Counted from the stretch's first letter, positions 52,562 through 62,781 are shown. The stretch: DNA of 64,000 nucleotides from Thermodesulfobacteriota bacterium (GCA_965203965.1 CBDBDR010000017.1:1088001-1152000); one strand, 5' to 3'. Made by a program: numbers and translations. Notes: generated from the letters alone by a model not told the origin.

Positions 52562-52885
52562 CTATTTTTTTATCGGCTCATTAGATCTAACGTTCAAACC
52601 TTGCTCATATTTTTTTAAAACGTAAAGCAGTTGCACGGAACCCACTTCCAACAGCAAACAACCAGACATTACAACCAGCCCGGAAAGGTTGTCTAAAATA
52701 AATTGAAGATATACACCATATATAACACCGAGAAACCCAGGTAATACACCTATTGCCCTGATCAAATATCTGGAATATTTTATATAATTGCTGTTTGTAA
52801 AAGCCATTCTCAAAGATAAAATGCAGAGTAATAGTATAGTCAGACAGATAGCATATAAAACTGGTAACAACTGTTCATAACTCAT
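52562..52885 (-). CDS. hypothetical membrane protein
   Basis: 107 aa, three hydrophobic segments. Confidence 0.5.
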   Translation of the reverse strand: MSYEQLLPVLYAICLTILLLCILSLRMAFTNSNYIKYSRYLIRAIGVLPGFLGVIYGVYLQFILDNLSGLVVMSGCLLLEVGSVQLLYVLKKYEQGLNVRSNEPIKK

Positions 52886-52908
52886 ATCAATCGCGCATCC
52901 CAGACCCT

Positions 52909-53214
52909 TTAGGAAGAAAGACCTTCTATCTCTTTGGCAAGGTTTATATCTTTAATTGTAATACCACCCTCACTATGAGTAGAGAGAACAATTACAACTT
53001 TCCTGTATTTGATCAGTATATCAGGATGATGATTGGCTTTTTCGGCCAGAACTGCAATCCTATTTACAAATCCCATAGCATCTATAAAATCTTTTAGCAT
53101 ATAAGTTTTTGTTATTTCATCACCCGATTTGCTCCAACCATCTAGTTCCTTTAAAAAATCTTTGATCTCATTGTCTTTCAGTAACACTGTTTTAACACCC
53201 CCCTTTTTTGCCAT
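52909..53214 (-). CDS. phhB: pterin-4-alpha-carbinolamine dehydratase
   Basis: AEKANHHPDI, LSTHSEGGIT.KD..LA. Confidence 0.9.
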   Translation of the reverse strand: MAKKGGVKTVLLKDNEIKDFLKELDGWSKSGDEITKTYMLKDFIDAMGFVNRIAVLAEKANHHPDILIKYRKVVIVLSTHSEGGITIKDINLAKEIEGLSS

Positions 53215-53267
53215 ACCTACTTATTGGGTTCAAAGTCATGTTTCATTATAGATTAAAATTTGTTTAA

Positions 53268-53768
53268 ATGACAGGTATAAGAATGTTTAGTGTTTTCATA
53301 GGAATTGGATCCAATCTGGAAAACAGGACTGAAAATTGTCTTAAGGCTTTAAGATCAATTTCAGAATTTTCAACTATCAAAACCGTATCCTCTTTTTACG
53401 AAACCAAGCCTGTGGGTAGGGAAAATCAACCTGACTTCATTAATGCAGTCGCAAAGGTAAGTACACAGCTTTCATCTGATGATTTGCTGACTTCATTAAA
53501 AGCCGTAGAAAAACAGATGGGACGTAAAGACGGCAAAAGATGGGAGCCAAGAATAATAGACCTTGACATACTATTTTATGAAAACTTCGTGATAGAATCC
53601 CTAGAATTGACCATTCCTCACAAAGAACTCCACAGGAGAAGATTTGTCCTTGAACCTCTTTGTGAGATCGCCCCTTATTTTGAACACCCAATATTAAAGC
53701 AAACAGTAAGCAAACTGTTAAAAAACCTTGAGGACGGAAAAGAAGTTAAAATAATTGGCAATTTCTAG
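53268..53768 (+). CDS. folK: 2-amino-4-hydroxy-6-hydroxymethyldihydropteridine diphosphokinase
   Basis: GIGSNL, YETKP, QPDFINAV, PRIIDLDIL, PH..LHRRRFVLEPL. Confidence 0.95.
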   Translation: MTGIRMFSVFIGIGSNLENRTENCLKALRSISEFSTIKTVSSFYETKPVGRENQPDFINAVAKVSTQLSSDDLLTSLKAVEKQMGRKDGKRWEPRIIDLDILFYENFVIESLELTIPHKELHRRRFVLEPLCEIAPYFEHPILKQTVSKLLKNLEDGKEVKIIGNF

Positions 53769-53862
53769 ACAGTTAATCAATAATTAAATCTCTTTGTTTT
53801 CCTAATTCTAAATAATTTATCAACAATCACACCAGTAAAATTGGTTGTGCCACAGCCATGTA

Positions 53863-54726
53863 TTAACCAGATAATCTGACGGATGTCATCTTAGCTGATT
53901 CGAGGGTGTTCCAAAGCAGCATTGTAATAGTCATGGGACCTACCCCACCCGGAACAGGTGTAATGTAGGAGGTTTTTTTGCCAACATCTTCAAAATCTAC
54001 GTCTCCTTTCAGTTTTCCGTCTTCGCCTCTGTTGATACCTACATCTATCACCACAGCTCCGTCTTTTACCATATCAGACTTAATAAAATTAGCCCTTCCT
54101 ATCGCTGCCACGAGTATATCAGCTCTTGCGGTAACTTCCCCTAATTTTCCAGTCCTTGAATGACAGATAGTAACAGTAGCATGCCTGTGCAAAAGTAGCA
54201 TCCCCACCGGCTTGCCAACAATATTACTCCTGCCCACTACTACTGCTTCTTTACCTTTAATTTCAATATTATAGTAATCAAGCATCTTTATAATTCCGTA
54301 AGGTGTGCAGGAAATAAATCTAGGATTCCCTTCAACTAACATACCAACGTTTTCAGGATGAAAACCATCTACGTCTTTAAGTGGTGATATTTTTCTTAAA
54401 ATATTCGTCTCATTTATCTGACCGGGCAGTGGTAGCTGAACTAAAATTCCATGAATCTTTTCATCCTTGTTTAATTTTTCAATCAACCTCAGCAACTGTT
54501 CTTCGGTTGTTTGTTGGGACAACTTGTGCTCTTCGGAATAAATACCGACTTTTTCACAAGCTTTCCTTTTGTTCCTAACGTATATTTCGGACGCAGGATT
54601 ATCCCCAATAAGCACAGCTGCAAGCCCTGGAGTTATCCCAGTAGTGCTTTTCAGTTCTTGCACACTTTTTTTTATTTCCGCCCTTGTGTCCTCGGACACT
54701 TTTTTACCGTCAATTAGTTTGGATAT
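53863..54726 (-). CDS. folD: methylenetetrahydrofolate dehydrogenase/cyclohydrolase; conserved N-terminus begins at an ATA codon
   Basis: GILVQLPLP, KDVDGFHP, GRSNIVGKP, ITPVPGGVGPMT; upstream in-frame SKLIDGKKV. Confidence 0.93.
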   Translation of the reverse strand: MSKLIDGKKVSEDTRAEIKKSVQELKSTTGITPGLAAVLIGDNPASEIYVRNKRKACEKVGIYSEEHKLSQQTTEEQLLRLIEKLNKDEKIHGILVQLPLPGQINETNILRKISPLKDVDGFHPENVGMLVEGNPRFISCTPYGIIKMLDYYNIEIKGKEAVVVGRSNIVGKPVGMLLLHRHATVTICHSRTGKLGEVTARADILVAAIGRANFIKSDMVKDGAVVIDVGINRGEDGKLKGDVDFEDVGKKTSYITPVPGGVGPMTITMLLWNTLESAKMTSVRLSG

Positions 54727-54827
54727 AATGCAACCCCGGTGATTCTAAAATAATTTATTACAAGGATTGATTATAGTAACTAATAGTGGCTGAAATTACA
54801 TTAGCACTCTGATTTTGCAATTCAGTG

Positions 54828-55631
54828 TCAACCCATATTCCATGAATGATTCAAAAGCACGTTCCCATTTGCCGTGAGCGAACCGTTTTTAATCGCCTGA
54901 AAAATATAGTTTTTGGCACAAACTATTGTATCTTTCAATTCATAACTCTTGGCAAGGTAGGCACAAATCGCAGAAGAAACTGTGCAACCTGTACCATGAA
55001 CGTTATTGAATTTAAGCCGCTTTGTTTTGTATTCTCTAAATTCATTTCCATCAAAAAAAATATCTGTTGAAAACTCTGGGTCGTCTATATGTCCTCCTTT
55101 CAAAAACACAGAACTACATCCAAACCCTTTTATATATTCCGACGCTTTTTTCATACTTGTCAGGTTATTAATCATCATTCCGGTCATCACTTCAGCTTCA
55201 GGAACGTTAGGGGTAACCACGCAACATTGAGGCATAAGCATATCAATAAGTTCTGAAACCGCGTCATCATCCAGAAGTTTGCAACCACTTGCCGATACCA
55301 TAACAGGGTCCAATACGACTTTGCTGATCTCATACTGCTCAAGTTTCCTTGAAACTGATCTTACAACGTCAACATTTGAGAGCATACCAATCTTTACAGC
55401 ATCACATCTCACCATATCGTCCATAACTGCGTCAAATTGTTCCTCTATGAAGCCAGTAGGCAGATTATATATGGAACGGACACCAAGGGTATTTTGAGCA
55501 GTGAGAGATGTTATAACTGACTGTCCATGTACTTTGAGAGCAGCAAACGTTTTAATATCAGCCTGAATACCTGCCCCGCCGCATGGGTCGGACCCAGCAA
55601 CTGTCAATGCACACGGGAGGTTGTTGGTCAT
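54828..55631 (-). CDS. thiD: hydroxymethylpyrimidine/phosphomethylpyrimidine kinase
   Basis: AGSDPCGGAGIQADIK, TAQNT, LDPVM, TPN..EA, KGGH, HGTGCT. Confidence 0.95.
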   Translation of the reverse strand: MTNNLPCALTVAGSDPCGGAGIQADIKTFAALKVHGQSVITSLTAQNTLGVRSIYNLPTGFIEEQFDAVMDDMVRCDAVKIGMLSNVDVVRSVSRKLEQYEISKVVLDPVMVSASGCKLLDDDAVSELIDMLMPQCCVVTPNVPEAEVMTGMMINNLTSMKKASEYIKGFGCSSVFLKGGHIDDPEFSTDIFFDGNEFREYKTKRLKFNNVHGTGCTVSSAICAYLAKSYELKDTIVCAKNYIFQAIKNGSLTANGNVLLNHSWNMG

Positions 55632-55727
55632 GCCTTAAATTCTACAAATGGTTTTCATATTTTACAAACCAATCGGGTTTGAATATACTGTTCTTTGAGA
55701 AATTTTATGTAAAAGAAGGAGTTTTTT

Positions 55728-56144
55728 ATGAGTGACAATAACGAAATTTTTAGGGATGACCTATTTACCACCGATGAAGAAGGCAGAGTAAGACTGATCG
55801 CAGGTTACTCAAAAGAGTCCGACAACTACACTTTTCCTAAGTATTTAGCCGACCCCGTCAGTTTCTCTGATGATGTTGAAGAAAAATTATTAAGCCCTAA
55901 AGGCGTATTACACTCATTTACAATAGTAAGAAGAAGCATGCCAGAATTTCCTGTCCCTTATGCTCTTGCTCTTGTGGATTTTCCGGAAAAAGTCAGGATA
56001 ATGGCACAAGTTGAGACAAAAAACATGGAAGATCTTCGGATTGGAGAAGAGATGGCAGTCAACACGGGCGTGGTGAAAAAATCCCCGGATGGCAAGGAAG
56101 TAATTTCCTACAAATTCACTCCTGTGAGGGAAATGGAAAAATAA
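55728..56144 (+). CDS. DUF35-like OB-fold protein lacking Zn-binding cysteines
   Basis: L..G......TFP, LS.KG.LHSFT.V, PVPYALALVD.PE, LRIGEEM, YKF.P. Confidence 0.75.
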   Translation: MSDNNEIFRDDLFTTDEEGRVRLIAGYSKESDNYTFPKYLADPVSFSDDVEEKLLSPKGVLHSFTIVRRSMPEFPVPYALALVDFPEKVRIMAQVETKNMEDLRIGEEMAVNTGVVKKSPDGKEVISYKFTPVREMEK

Positions 56145-56376
56145 ACTGTTAGAAGGACTACAGTAGCCAGACTATTTCAGAAGGAAAAGCCTACAAAAGG
56201 TTTAGATATAGCCTACAGAACTCATCCAATACATTCCCGTATCAACCCTGATGTGGAAAAACCTTGCATCAACAATCCTTTCTCTAAAATCAAGATTTTT
56301 CACACTGTCAACACCGTCCCAATAATGGCTTTAACAAAACTTTCAGCATGTTATCATTGGTTAAACGGGTGTTTAA

Positions 56377-57378
56377 ATGAGCGATTATAGCTTTAAAGCA
56401 ATGGTGGTTACGGAGACACAAAGAAAATTCACCAGACAAATTTTGCAGAAAAATTTAGACAGCCTTCCCGATGGCGATGTTCTGATAAAAGTAAAATTCT
56501 CATCTCTAAACTATAAAGATGCTCTTTCTGCAATCGGCAACAGGGGTGTTACTAAAAATTACCCTCATACACCAGGAGTTGATGCCGCAGGTATTGTTGA
56601 ACACTCAAACAGCAGAAACTTTTACCCTGGAGATGAGGTGATCATACATGGCTATGATCTAGGAATGAACACTCCCGGTGGATTTGGACAGTATATCAAA
56701 GTCCCTGCTAGCTGGATCGTAAAACTTCCAGAAGAATTGTCCTTAAAAGAGTCAATGATGTATGGAACAGCAGGGTTTACTGCCGCCCAATCTGTATTTA
56801 AAATCAGAAAAAATGGAATAAAAGCCGAACATGGAAAAATTCTTGTAACTGGTGCAACAGGAGGAGTTGGTAGTCTGGCAGTAGCTATACTGAGCAAAGC
56901 AGGTTATGAAATAATCGCTTCCACGGGCAAAACTGAACAAGAAGAGTTTCTCAAAAACATAGGAGCCTCTGAAGTCATCAGCAGGGAAGATCTAATTGAT
57001 CAGACAGAAAAGTTGCTACTCAAGGGGCAATGGTCAGGGGTAGTAGATACCGTGGGAGGAAAAATACTCTCAACTGCTTTACAATCCACAAGTCAAAGGG
57101 GGATTGTAACAACATGCGGCAATGTTGCTTCCCATAAACTTAACACAAATGTTTACCCGTTTATATTGAGAGGTATTAGCCTGATTGGAATTGACTCTGC
57201 AAACTGCACTATGAATAGAAGGGTGAAAATATGGGAAATGATGTCTGATGAATGGAAAATAGACTGTCTTGATCAAATTTGTAGGAAGGTAGTCTGCCTT
57301 GAAGATGTCAGTAGTGAGATCGATTTGATGCTAAACGGAAGCCAGATAGGGAGAGTGGTTGTTGATCTGTGGAGTTGA
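56377..57378 (+). CDS. YhdH/AcuI-family (acryloyl-CoA reductase-like) MDR oxidoreductase
   Basis: SSLNYKDAL, PGVDAAG, GTAGFTAA, GATGGVGS, PFILRGISLIGIDS. Confidence 0.9.
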   Translation: MSDYSFKAMVVTETQRKFTRQILQKNLDSLPDGDVLIKVKFSSLNYKDALSAIGNRGVTKNYPHTPGVDAAGIVEHSNSRNFYPGDEVIIHGYDLGMNTPGGFGQYIKVPASWIVKLPEELSLKESMMYGTAGFTAAQSVFKIRKNGIKAEHGKILVTGATGGVGSLAVAILSKAGYEIIASTGKTEQEEFLKNIGASEVISREDLIDQTEKLLLKGQWSGVVDTVGGKILSTALQSTSQRGIVTTCGNVASHKLNTNVYPFILRGISLIGIDSANCTMNRRVKIWEMMSDEWKIDCLDQICRKVVCLEDVSSEIDLMLNGSQIGRVVVDLWS

Positions 57379-57406
57379 CAGGAATTGTCTTCACAAACAT
57401 TGAGAT

Positions 57407-58801
57407 ATGAGAAATACTAAAATTATTTGCACAATCAGTCCTATAACCGGTTCTGAAAAAAAGCTAACTGAAATGTATAAAGCAGGTATGAATGCTGTTC
57501 GTCTTAACATGACACACGGTGACCATGAATCACACCTCAAAATCATTAAGTTGGTTACCAAGCTCAATAAAACCTTTAAATACCCTGTCCCAATAATCCT
57601 GGATACGCAGGGGCCTGAGGTAAGAACGGGTACTTTGCAAAATGATATAAAGCTAGAAAAGGGAGACATTATCATTGTATCCGTAAGAGGGAGAGACGTA
57701 GAGGAAAGTTCAATTCATATTGATTATGATGACCTTATTAACGCCGTCAACGAAGGGGATAAAATAACGGTTGACAACGGACTGATAAATTTAAGGGTAC
57801 TAAAGAAAAATCAGGGGCTCCTTAAATGTAAAATACTCGATGGTGGCACATTAAAAAGTAAGAGGCACGTTAATCTTCCAGGCATAAGAATCAACCTACC
57901 TTCAATCACAAACAAAGACAAAAAAGATATTCTTTTTGGAATTAAAAATAATATTGATTGTATAGCCCTTTCTTTTGTAAGAGAGGCTGAAGATATTAAA
58001 GAGCTTAAGAGATTTTTGGGAAAAAATGCCGACAAGATAAAAATCATCTCTAAAATAGAGGATCAGGAAGGAGTTCGTAATATAGAAAAAATTATTGATG
58101 TTTCCGATGGGGTTATGGTAGCACGGGGAGACCTCGGAATTGAAATCAGCATAGAGGAGTTGCCCAATATACAAAGAAATATTGTAAGACTTTGCCAGGA
58201 AAAGGGAAAAAGAGTTATAGTTGCCACACATTTGTTAGAGTCTATGATTGAAAACCCGATTCCCACACGTGCGGAGGTTACAGATGTTGCCAATGCAATA
58301 TATGAAGAAGTTGACGCAGTAATGCTTTCGGGGGAAACATCCATTGGGAAACATCCTATAAGCTCTATAAAACACATTAACAAAATTGCAATAGCTTCCG
58401 AAAAGCATCCAGGCCTCAATTTCCGAAAAAACCTCATCAAAACTAATGAAAAACAGCACATTGCTGCCACAGCAGTGGGTTTGGCAGAAGCAATAAACTC
58501 AAAAGCAGTGGTTGTAATAACAAAGAGAGGCATAATGGCTCAGTATGTAACAAACCGCCGACCTGTAAAAACCTATATATACGCCTTCACCGAAGATAAA
58601 ATGGTGCAAAGGCAACTTGCTTTAAACAGGTCAGTCGCAGCTCATTTAATAAAATTTGATAAGGACCCCGAACAGATAATTAAAAAAGCTATTAATACTC
58701 TAAAAAAGGAAGGGTTTAAATCTGGCGAAAGAATAGTGGTTGTTTCAGATGTAATTACTCGAACCGGCAGCGATGCTATTCAAATAAGAGCAGTGGATTG
58801 A
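57407..58801 (+). CDS. pyk: pyruvate kinase
   Basis: TKIICT, RLNMTHG, LDTQGPEVR, KIE, MVARGDLG, PTRAE..DVANA, MLSGET. Confidence 0.96.
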   Translation: MRNTKIICTISPITGSEKKLTEMYKAGMNAVRLNMTHGDHESHLKIIKLVTKLNKTFKYPVPIILDTQGPEVRTGTLQNDIKLEKGDIIIVSVRGRDVEESSIHIDYDDLINAVNEGDKITVDNGLINLRVLKKNQGLLKCKILDGGTLKSKRHVNLPGIRINLPSITNKDKKDILFGIKNNIDCIALSFVREAEDIKELKRFLGKNADKIKIISKIEDQEGVRNIEKIIDVSDGVMVARGDLGIEISIEELPNIQRNIVRLCQEKGKRVIVATHLLESMIENPIPTRAEVTDVANAIYEEVDAVMLSGETSIGKHPISSIKHINKIAIASEKHPGLNFRKNLIKTNEKQHIAATAVGLAEAINSKAVVVITKRGIMAQYVTNRRPVKTYIYAFTEDKMVQRQLALNRSVAAHLIKFDKDPEQIIKKAINTLKKEGFKSGERIVVVSDVITRTGSDAIQIRAVD

Positions 58802-58953
58802 TGAATAAAAAACTAACAAAATATGAAAGTAAACAAATAGAACTGATCAACGATTGGAAAGCAAAAGAACCGTCTGTCGTTGCAAAATCATTGGGAATTG
58901 TCTTGTCTCCTGCAACACAGTTAGTAAATAGAATAATACCAGACCCTCTATGA
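58801..58953 (+). pseudogene. truncated N-terminal fragment of an EcsC-like protein
   Basis: TGATG-coupled to pyk; 50 aa MNKKLTKYESKQIELINDWKAKEPSVVAKSLGIVLSPATQLVNRIIPDPL*. Confidence 0.5.
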
Positions 58954-58955
58954 GA

Positions 58956-59168
58956 TTATTTACCTAAAGTTAGGATCATTGACTCTCTTTGCCAAAATAA
59001 GAAAACCCTTTTGGATTCAACTACTTGAAACACTAGGTTCCAGCCATCGACAGCATACTTATTGATCTCATCTTCTATTTTTTGAATTGGTAACTTTGAA
59101 GATCCAAACAACAAAGTCCCTAAGAATCCTTCATAAATTTCCACAACTTTGTATTGGGTGTATCTCAT
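58956..59168 (-). CDS. DUF4177-like small protein
   Basis: YKVV...EG..GTLLFG, IN.YA.DGW..VFQV.E.KR. Confidence 0.75.
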   Translation of the reverse strand: MRYTQYKVVEIYEGFLGTLLFGSSKLPIQKIEDEINKYAVDGWNLVFQVVESKRVFLFWQRESMILTLGK

Positions 59169-59185
59169 AGAAAATCCCTAATAAT

Positions 59186-59223
59186 AAAAAAGAAGAGGGT
59201 TACCACTTGATAACCCTCTTTCT
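59186..59223 (-). terminator. Rho-independent terminator after the ADC-like pair
   Basis: AAGAGGGTTA-ccacttga-TAACCCTCTT with flanking A/T runs. Confidence 0.75.
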
Positions 59224-59258
59224 CGTTTTTAAACGATTGTTAATTCCAACTTAAAGCA

Positions 59259-60230
59259 CTAACACTGGCTATACTGCGGAAGCAGGAAGCGGTGTCTCAT
59301 GGTGTACTCAAATGGTTTTGAGTATACAACATGACCCATATCGTCAGTACTTCTTTCCACGGTTTTAGTCCAGATCGTCTGAGCTGGTGGAATAATCAGG
59401 TTAAATGTAAAACTGATTAGACCAACAACTTCCACATTTCCAAGCTGTCCACCCATGAAATCAAAAGGTGTGCCAGACATATACCAAGAACGAATGTCCT
59501 CTGGAACTGCTGTGCGGATACTGCTCGGATCCAACTGGAAGCGGTGACCCGTTCCAAATCCTGGTGGAAGCTCTGACGGAAGATAAGTAACCTCGTGGAT
59601 ACTATTTGACACATCAGGCCTTGTTGTAATCCTGTAGTTCATACGACCCCAGTCCGTCTTACCATAAAAAGTTGGCTTAGTAGCAAGCGGCCTGTCTGAA
59701 TAACGACCGTTTGCAGTATGGAGAATATAACCACGACGCTCCATTAGATGGTTGAAGTAGTTATTGTTCGTCCCATGCTCAAAACCAGCAATATAAGCAG
59801 CTTTTTTGGGAAATCCAAAAGGCTCCTTACCAGCAAAAATCGGGGAGTCATTTGAAAGATACATATATGGATAGTAACCAGCTTTGTATATCTGGCCATC
59901 ACCAGAATCAACTGTAGCTGAGAATGTTACACCAAACTCCATGTATGGACCTAACATCGTATTTTTGTGAATCACATACCAGAATTCAATTGCATCATCG
60001 GTAACCTGAATCGGTTCCGGTACAACTGCTTTCATGGCATTCTCGTCTGCACGTACACAATAAGCCATCCAACGGCTTTCCGTATACGTTAGAGGAATAA
60101 TGTCATAGTCAAAAACTGGGTCAGCAACACCTTGTGAGATGATGTGAATCCTGTCTCTGTCCAGAGGCAATGGAGGAACTTCACCTTCATCTAACCAAGG
60201 ATAGCTATATTCATTTGCTTGTAAACCCAT
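59259..60230 (-). CDS. acetoacetate decarboxylase-like superfamily protein (paralogue 2)
   Basis: VVPEP, GPYMEFG, YMYL.ND.PI.AG.E.FGFPKK. Confidence 0.8.
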   Translation of the reverse strand: MGLQANEYSYPWLDEGEVPPLPLDRDRIHIISQGVADPVFDYDIIPLTYTESRWMAYCVRADENAMKAVVPEPIQVTDDAIEFWYVIHKNTMLGPYMEFGVTFSATVDSGDGQIYKAGYYPYMYLSNDSPIFAGKEPFGFPKKAAYIAGFEHGTNNNYFNHLMERRGYILHTANGRYSDRPLATKPTFYGKTDWGRMNYRITTRPDVSNSIHEVTYLPSELPPGFGTGHRFQLDPSSIRTAVPEDIRSWYMSGTPFDFMGGQLGNVEVVGLISFTFNLIIPPAQTIWTKTVERSTDDMGHVVYSKPFEYTMRHRFLLPQYSQC

Positions 60231-60293
60231 TGTTAATACCTCCTGATAAATTTTTTAAACTCAACAACAAAATGCAATTACCAAAACTCTCTT

Positions 60294-61271
60294 TTATGAA
60301 CCCTGACTTATCGGGAACTGCTGACGTAACCCGTATTTATACGGTGTAGCATAACCCCTGTAGCTTGCAGGACGCTCATATGTTTCAGTCCAAAGAACTT
60401 CAGCAGGCGGAATAACAAGATCAAATACAAAAGATATAAGACCTGTAACCTCCTGAATCTTGACTTCTGCTCCCATGTTGTCAAAAGGAGTAGCTTGTGC
60501 AAACCAGTTAATTGCATCACCAGAAGCTGTTCTTGTGTGCTCCGGCTTAATTTTAAATCTGTGCCCCTGAATCATTGAATCAAACGGTGGGGGCAGTGCT
60601 GATGGAAGATAGGTCAACTGCCATTCAGAACTTGAAACGTCAGGTCTGGTAATAACTTTCATATTGAATTTACCCCAGTCCGTCTTTCCATAAAAGAATG
60701 GAGGCTTAACTTCCTTATCGTCAAACTTACCTGTAGCGCTGTGCATCAGGTAACCGTTACGTGACATGGCAAAACCAAAGAAATCAGTTTCTTTCTCTCC
60801 ACCATGAACGGAGCATCTGATATAGGACATCTTCTTTGGAAAACCAAGAACACGACCCGCATCAACTGGAGCATCGCCAGTAAGATACATATACGGATAG
60901 TAACCAGCTTTATACACATTACCCTTGGGATCTTTATATGTGGCAGAAACAGTTACACCAAATTCTAAGTATGGACCAAGCATTGTGTTCTTATGATCAA
61001 CATACCAGTATTCTACTAAATCTGCATCCTCTCCATCCCATACCGTGAGTGGCGGATTAGGGCAAAGGCGTTGTCTGGTAGCTTCATCGCACCTGACTAT
61101 AAAGGCAGACCAACGGCTGTCTGTGTAGGTTAGAGGCAGAACATCAATATCCCATAGGGGATCTGAAGGATTAGCTATAATCCATGATTTGATGTCTCTC
61201 TCTATTGGAGGTGGTGGAACCTCCTTTGTGAGTTCCCAATACTTACTAGGAACATTTAAATGACTAGGCAT
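60294..61271 (-). CDS. acetoacetate decarboxylase-like superfamily protein (paralogue 1)
   Basis: GPYLEFG, YMYLTGDAPVDAGRVLGFPKK; AGGAGG RBS. Confidence 0.8.
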   Translation of the reverse strand: MPSHLNVPSKYWELTKEVPPPPIERDIKSWIIANPSDPLWDIDVLPLTYTDSRWSAFIVRCDEATRQRLCPNPPLTVWDGEDADLVEYWYVDHKNTMLGPYLEFGVTVSATYKDPKGNVYKAGYYPYMYLTGDAPVDAGRVLGFPKKMSYIRCSVHGGEKETDFFGFAMSRNGYLMHSATGKFDDKEVKPPFFYGKTDWGKFNMKVITRPDVSSSEWQLTYLPSALPPPFDSMIQGHRFKIKPEHTRTASGDAINWFAQATPFDNMGAEVKIQEVTGLISFVFDLVIPPAEVLWTETYERPASYRGYATPYKYGLRQQFPISQGS

Positions 61272-61380
61272 ATCAAATACCTCCTTACAAAAAATTTTTA
61301 CGAATTGTTTCCAATTCTTAATGAAGAAACGCTTAGAAGTAAAACTTACTTATTCCAACACATTTCTCACCTTGCCTTAA

Positions 61381-61410
61381 TTTATATCAAAGAATTACCT
61401 TTGATGTCAA
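61381..61410 (-). promoter_or_regulatory. sigma70 promoter of the ADC-like pair with a palindromic operator in the spacer
   Basis: Minus strand TTGACA-N18-TATAAA; ATCAAAG-N6-CTTTGAT at 61386-61405. Confidence 0.5.
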
Positions 61411-61524
61411 GAAGTTTTTTTGATTTGAAAAAAATACTTTCAGGTTTCTAATGAAAATCCTTATAGATAAATCAAATTCCAGTTTTATAGCCAAAAATCC
61501 AGCAAATTTTTCAGCAAACTCTGT

Positions 61525-61923
61525 TCAATTTTCCTCTTCCTTAAAATCCAGTGAGCAGGAATTAATACAAAACCTATTGCCAGTTGGATCAGGGCCGTCG
61601 GGAAAAACATGCCCAAGATGAGCATCACACAAGGAACAAACCACCTCTGTCCTTATTAGACCGTGACTCTGGTCAATCTCCGTTTTAATATTCTGCTCAT
61701 TTGAAGGTTTATAAAAACTCGGCCATCCCGTACCAGAATCAAATTTGGCATCGGAATGAAAAAGCTCAGCCCCACAGCAAACACACCTGTATAAACCCTT
61801 CCTTTTATTATCGTTATACTTACTAGTGAAAGGCCTTTCAGTAGCTTTTTTACGTGTAACCAGATACTGTTCATCTGTAAGCACTTTTTTCCATTCCTCT
61901 TCTGTTTTTTTGATCTTACTCAT
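61525..61923 (-). CDS. msrB: peptide-methionine (R)-S-oxide reductase
   Basis: [33 protein letters not shown]. Confidence 0.96.
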   Translation of the reverse strand: MSKIKKTEEEWKKVLTDEQYLVTRKKATERPFTSKYNDNKRKGLYRCVCCGAELFHSDAKFDSGTGWPSFYKPSNEQNIKTEIDQSHGLIRTEVVCSLCDAHLGHVFPDGPDPTGNRFCINSCSLDFKEEEN

Positions 61924-62779
61924 CAGACACTCTCTTCATTTCAGATAGTTTTAACTCACTTGCTTTTTCAAGAAAGCTCATTAATTGATCCGTCTCTTCA
62001 TTTTTGATTGCCGAACCGAGGGTTTCTAGGCTAACCTTGAACGCTTCTATACTTTTGAGAACGCTATCCTTGTTTTGCAGAAAAATCGTTTTCCACATCT
62101 CTGGAGAACTAGCAGCAATTCTTGTGAAATCTTTCAGTGATCCTCCAGAATATCTGAAAGCATTATCAATGCTAGCGGAAGCAATGGAATTTACAAGTGA
62201 GTATGCAAGCAAATGAGGCAAATGGCTCACGTGTGCAAACGTTTTGTCGTGAGTTTCGGGATCAAGTATGAAAACCTCTGCCCCCAGCATACACCAAAGA
62301 TCGGATACTTTTTGCACTGAACTTTCACTGCTTTTACTTGTAGGCGTAACAACCACTTTTTTCTCCCTAAAAATATCTGCGTCAGAGTGTTCTATACCTG
62401 AATGTTCCTTGCCCGCAATAGGATGAGAACCAACAAAATGGACTTTTTTACCACTTAAGATGCTTTCTATTTTGGCTACTATAACCGACTTGACACTTCC
62501 CACATCGGTTATTAAACAGTTTTTCTTTAAAAACGGTTCTATTTTTTCAACAATTTCAGCAATAGTGTCAACATAAGTTGCAATTACCACAAGATCCGAA
62601 TCAATAACCTTTTCCAGATCGGTACTTCCCCGGTCAACTATTCCACCGCTGATAGCAAAATTTACAACCCTCTTATCGGAATCAATTCCAACAACCTCAC
62701 GGAAGGTTCCGAATTTCTTCATTGCCCTACAAACCGAGCCACCTATTAGTCCAAGTCCTATTACACTTACTGAATTCAA
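61916..62779 (-). CDS. tyrA: prephenate/arogenate dehydrogenase
   Basis: [25 protein letters not shown]...A.VSHLPH, DFTRIA.S.PEMW. Confidence 0.93.
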   Translation of the reverse strand: MNSVSVIGLGLIGGSVCRAMKKFGTFREVVGIDSDKRVVNFAISGGIVDRGSTDLEKVIDSDLVVIATYVDTIAEIVEKIEPFLKKNCLITDVGSVKSVIVAKIESILSGKKVHFVGSHPIAGKEHSGIEHSDADIFREKKVVVTPTSKSSESSVQKVSDLWCMLGAEVFILDPETHDKTFAHVSHLPHLLAYSLVNSIASASIDNAFRYSGGSLKDFTRIAASSPEMWKTIFLQNKDSVLKSIEAFKVSLETLGSAIKNEETDQLMSFLEKASELKLSEMKRVSDE

Positions 62780-62781
62780 TT

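Noticed and set aside
56145..56376. Intergenic stretch as an ncRNA or thiolase remnant
   Set aside because: No convincing stems, terminator or protein motif.
61525..61923. Selenocysteine MsrB
   Set aside because: The catalytic residue is an ordinary Cys (RFCINS) and there is no in-frame TGA.
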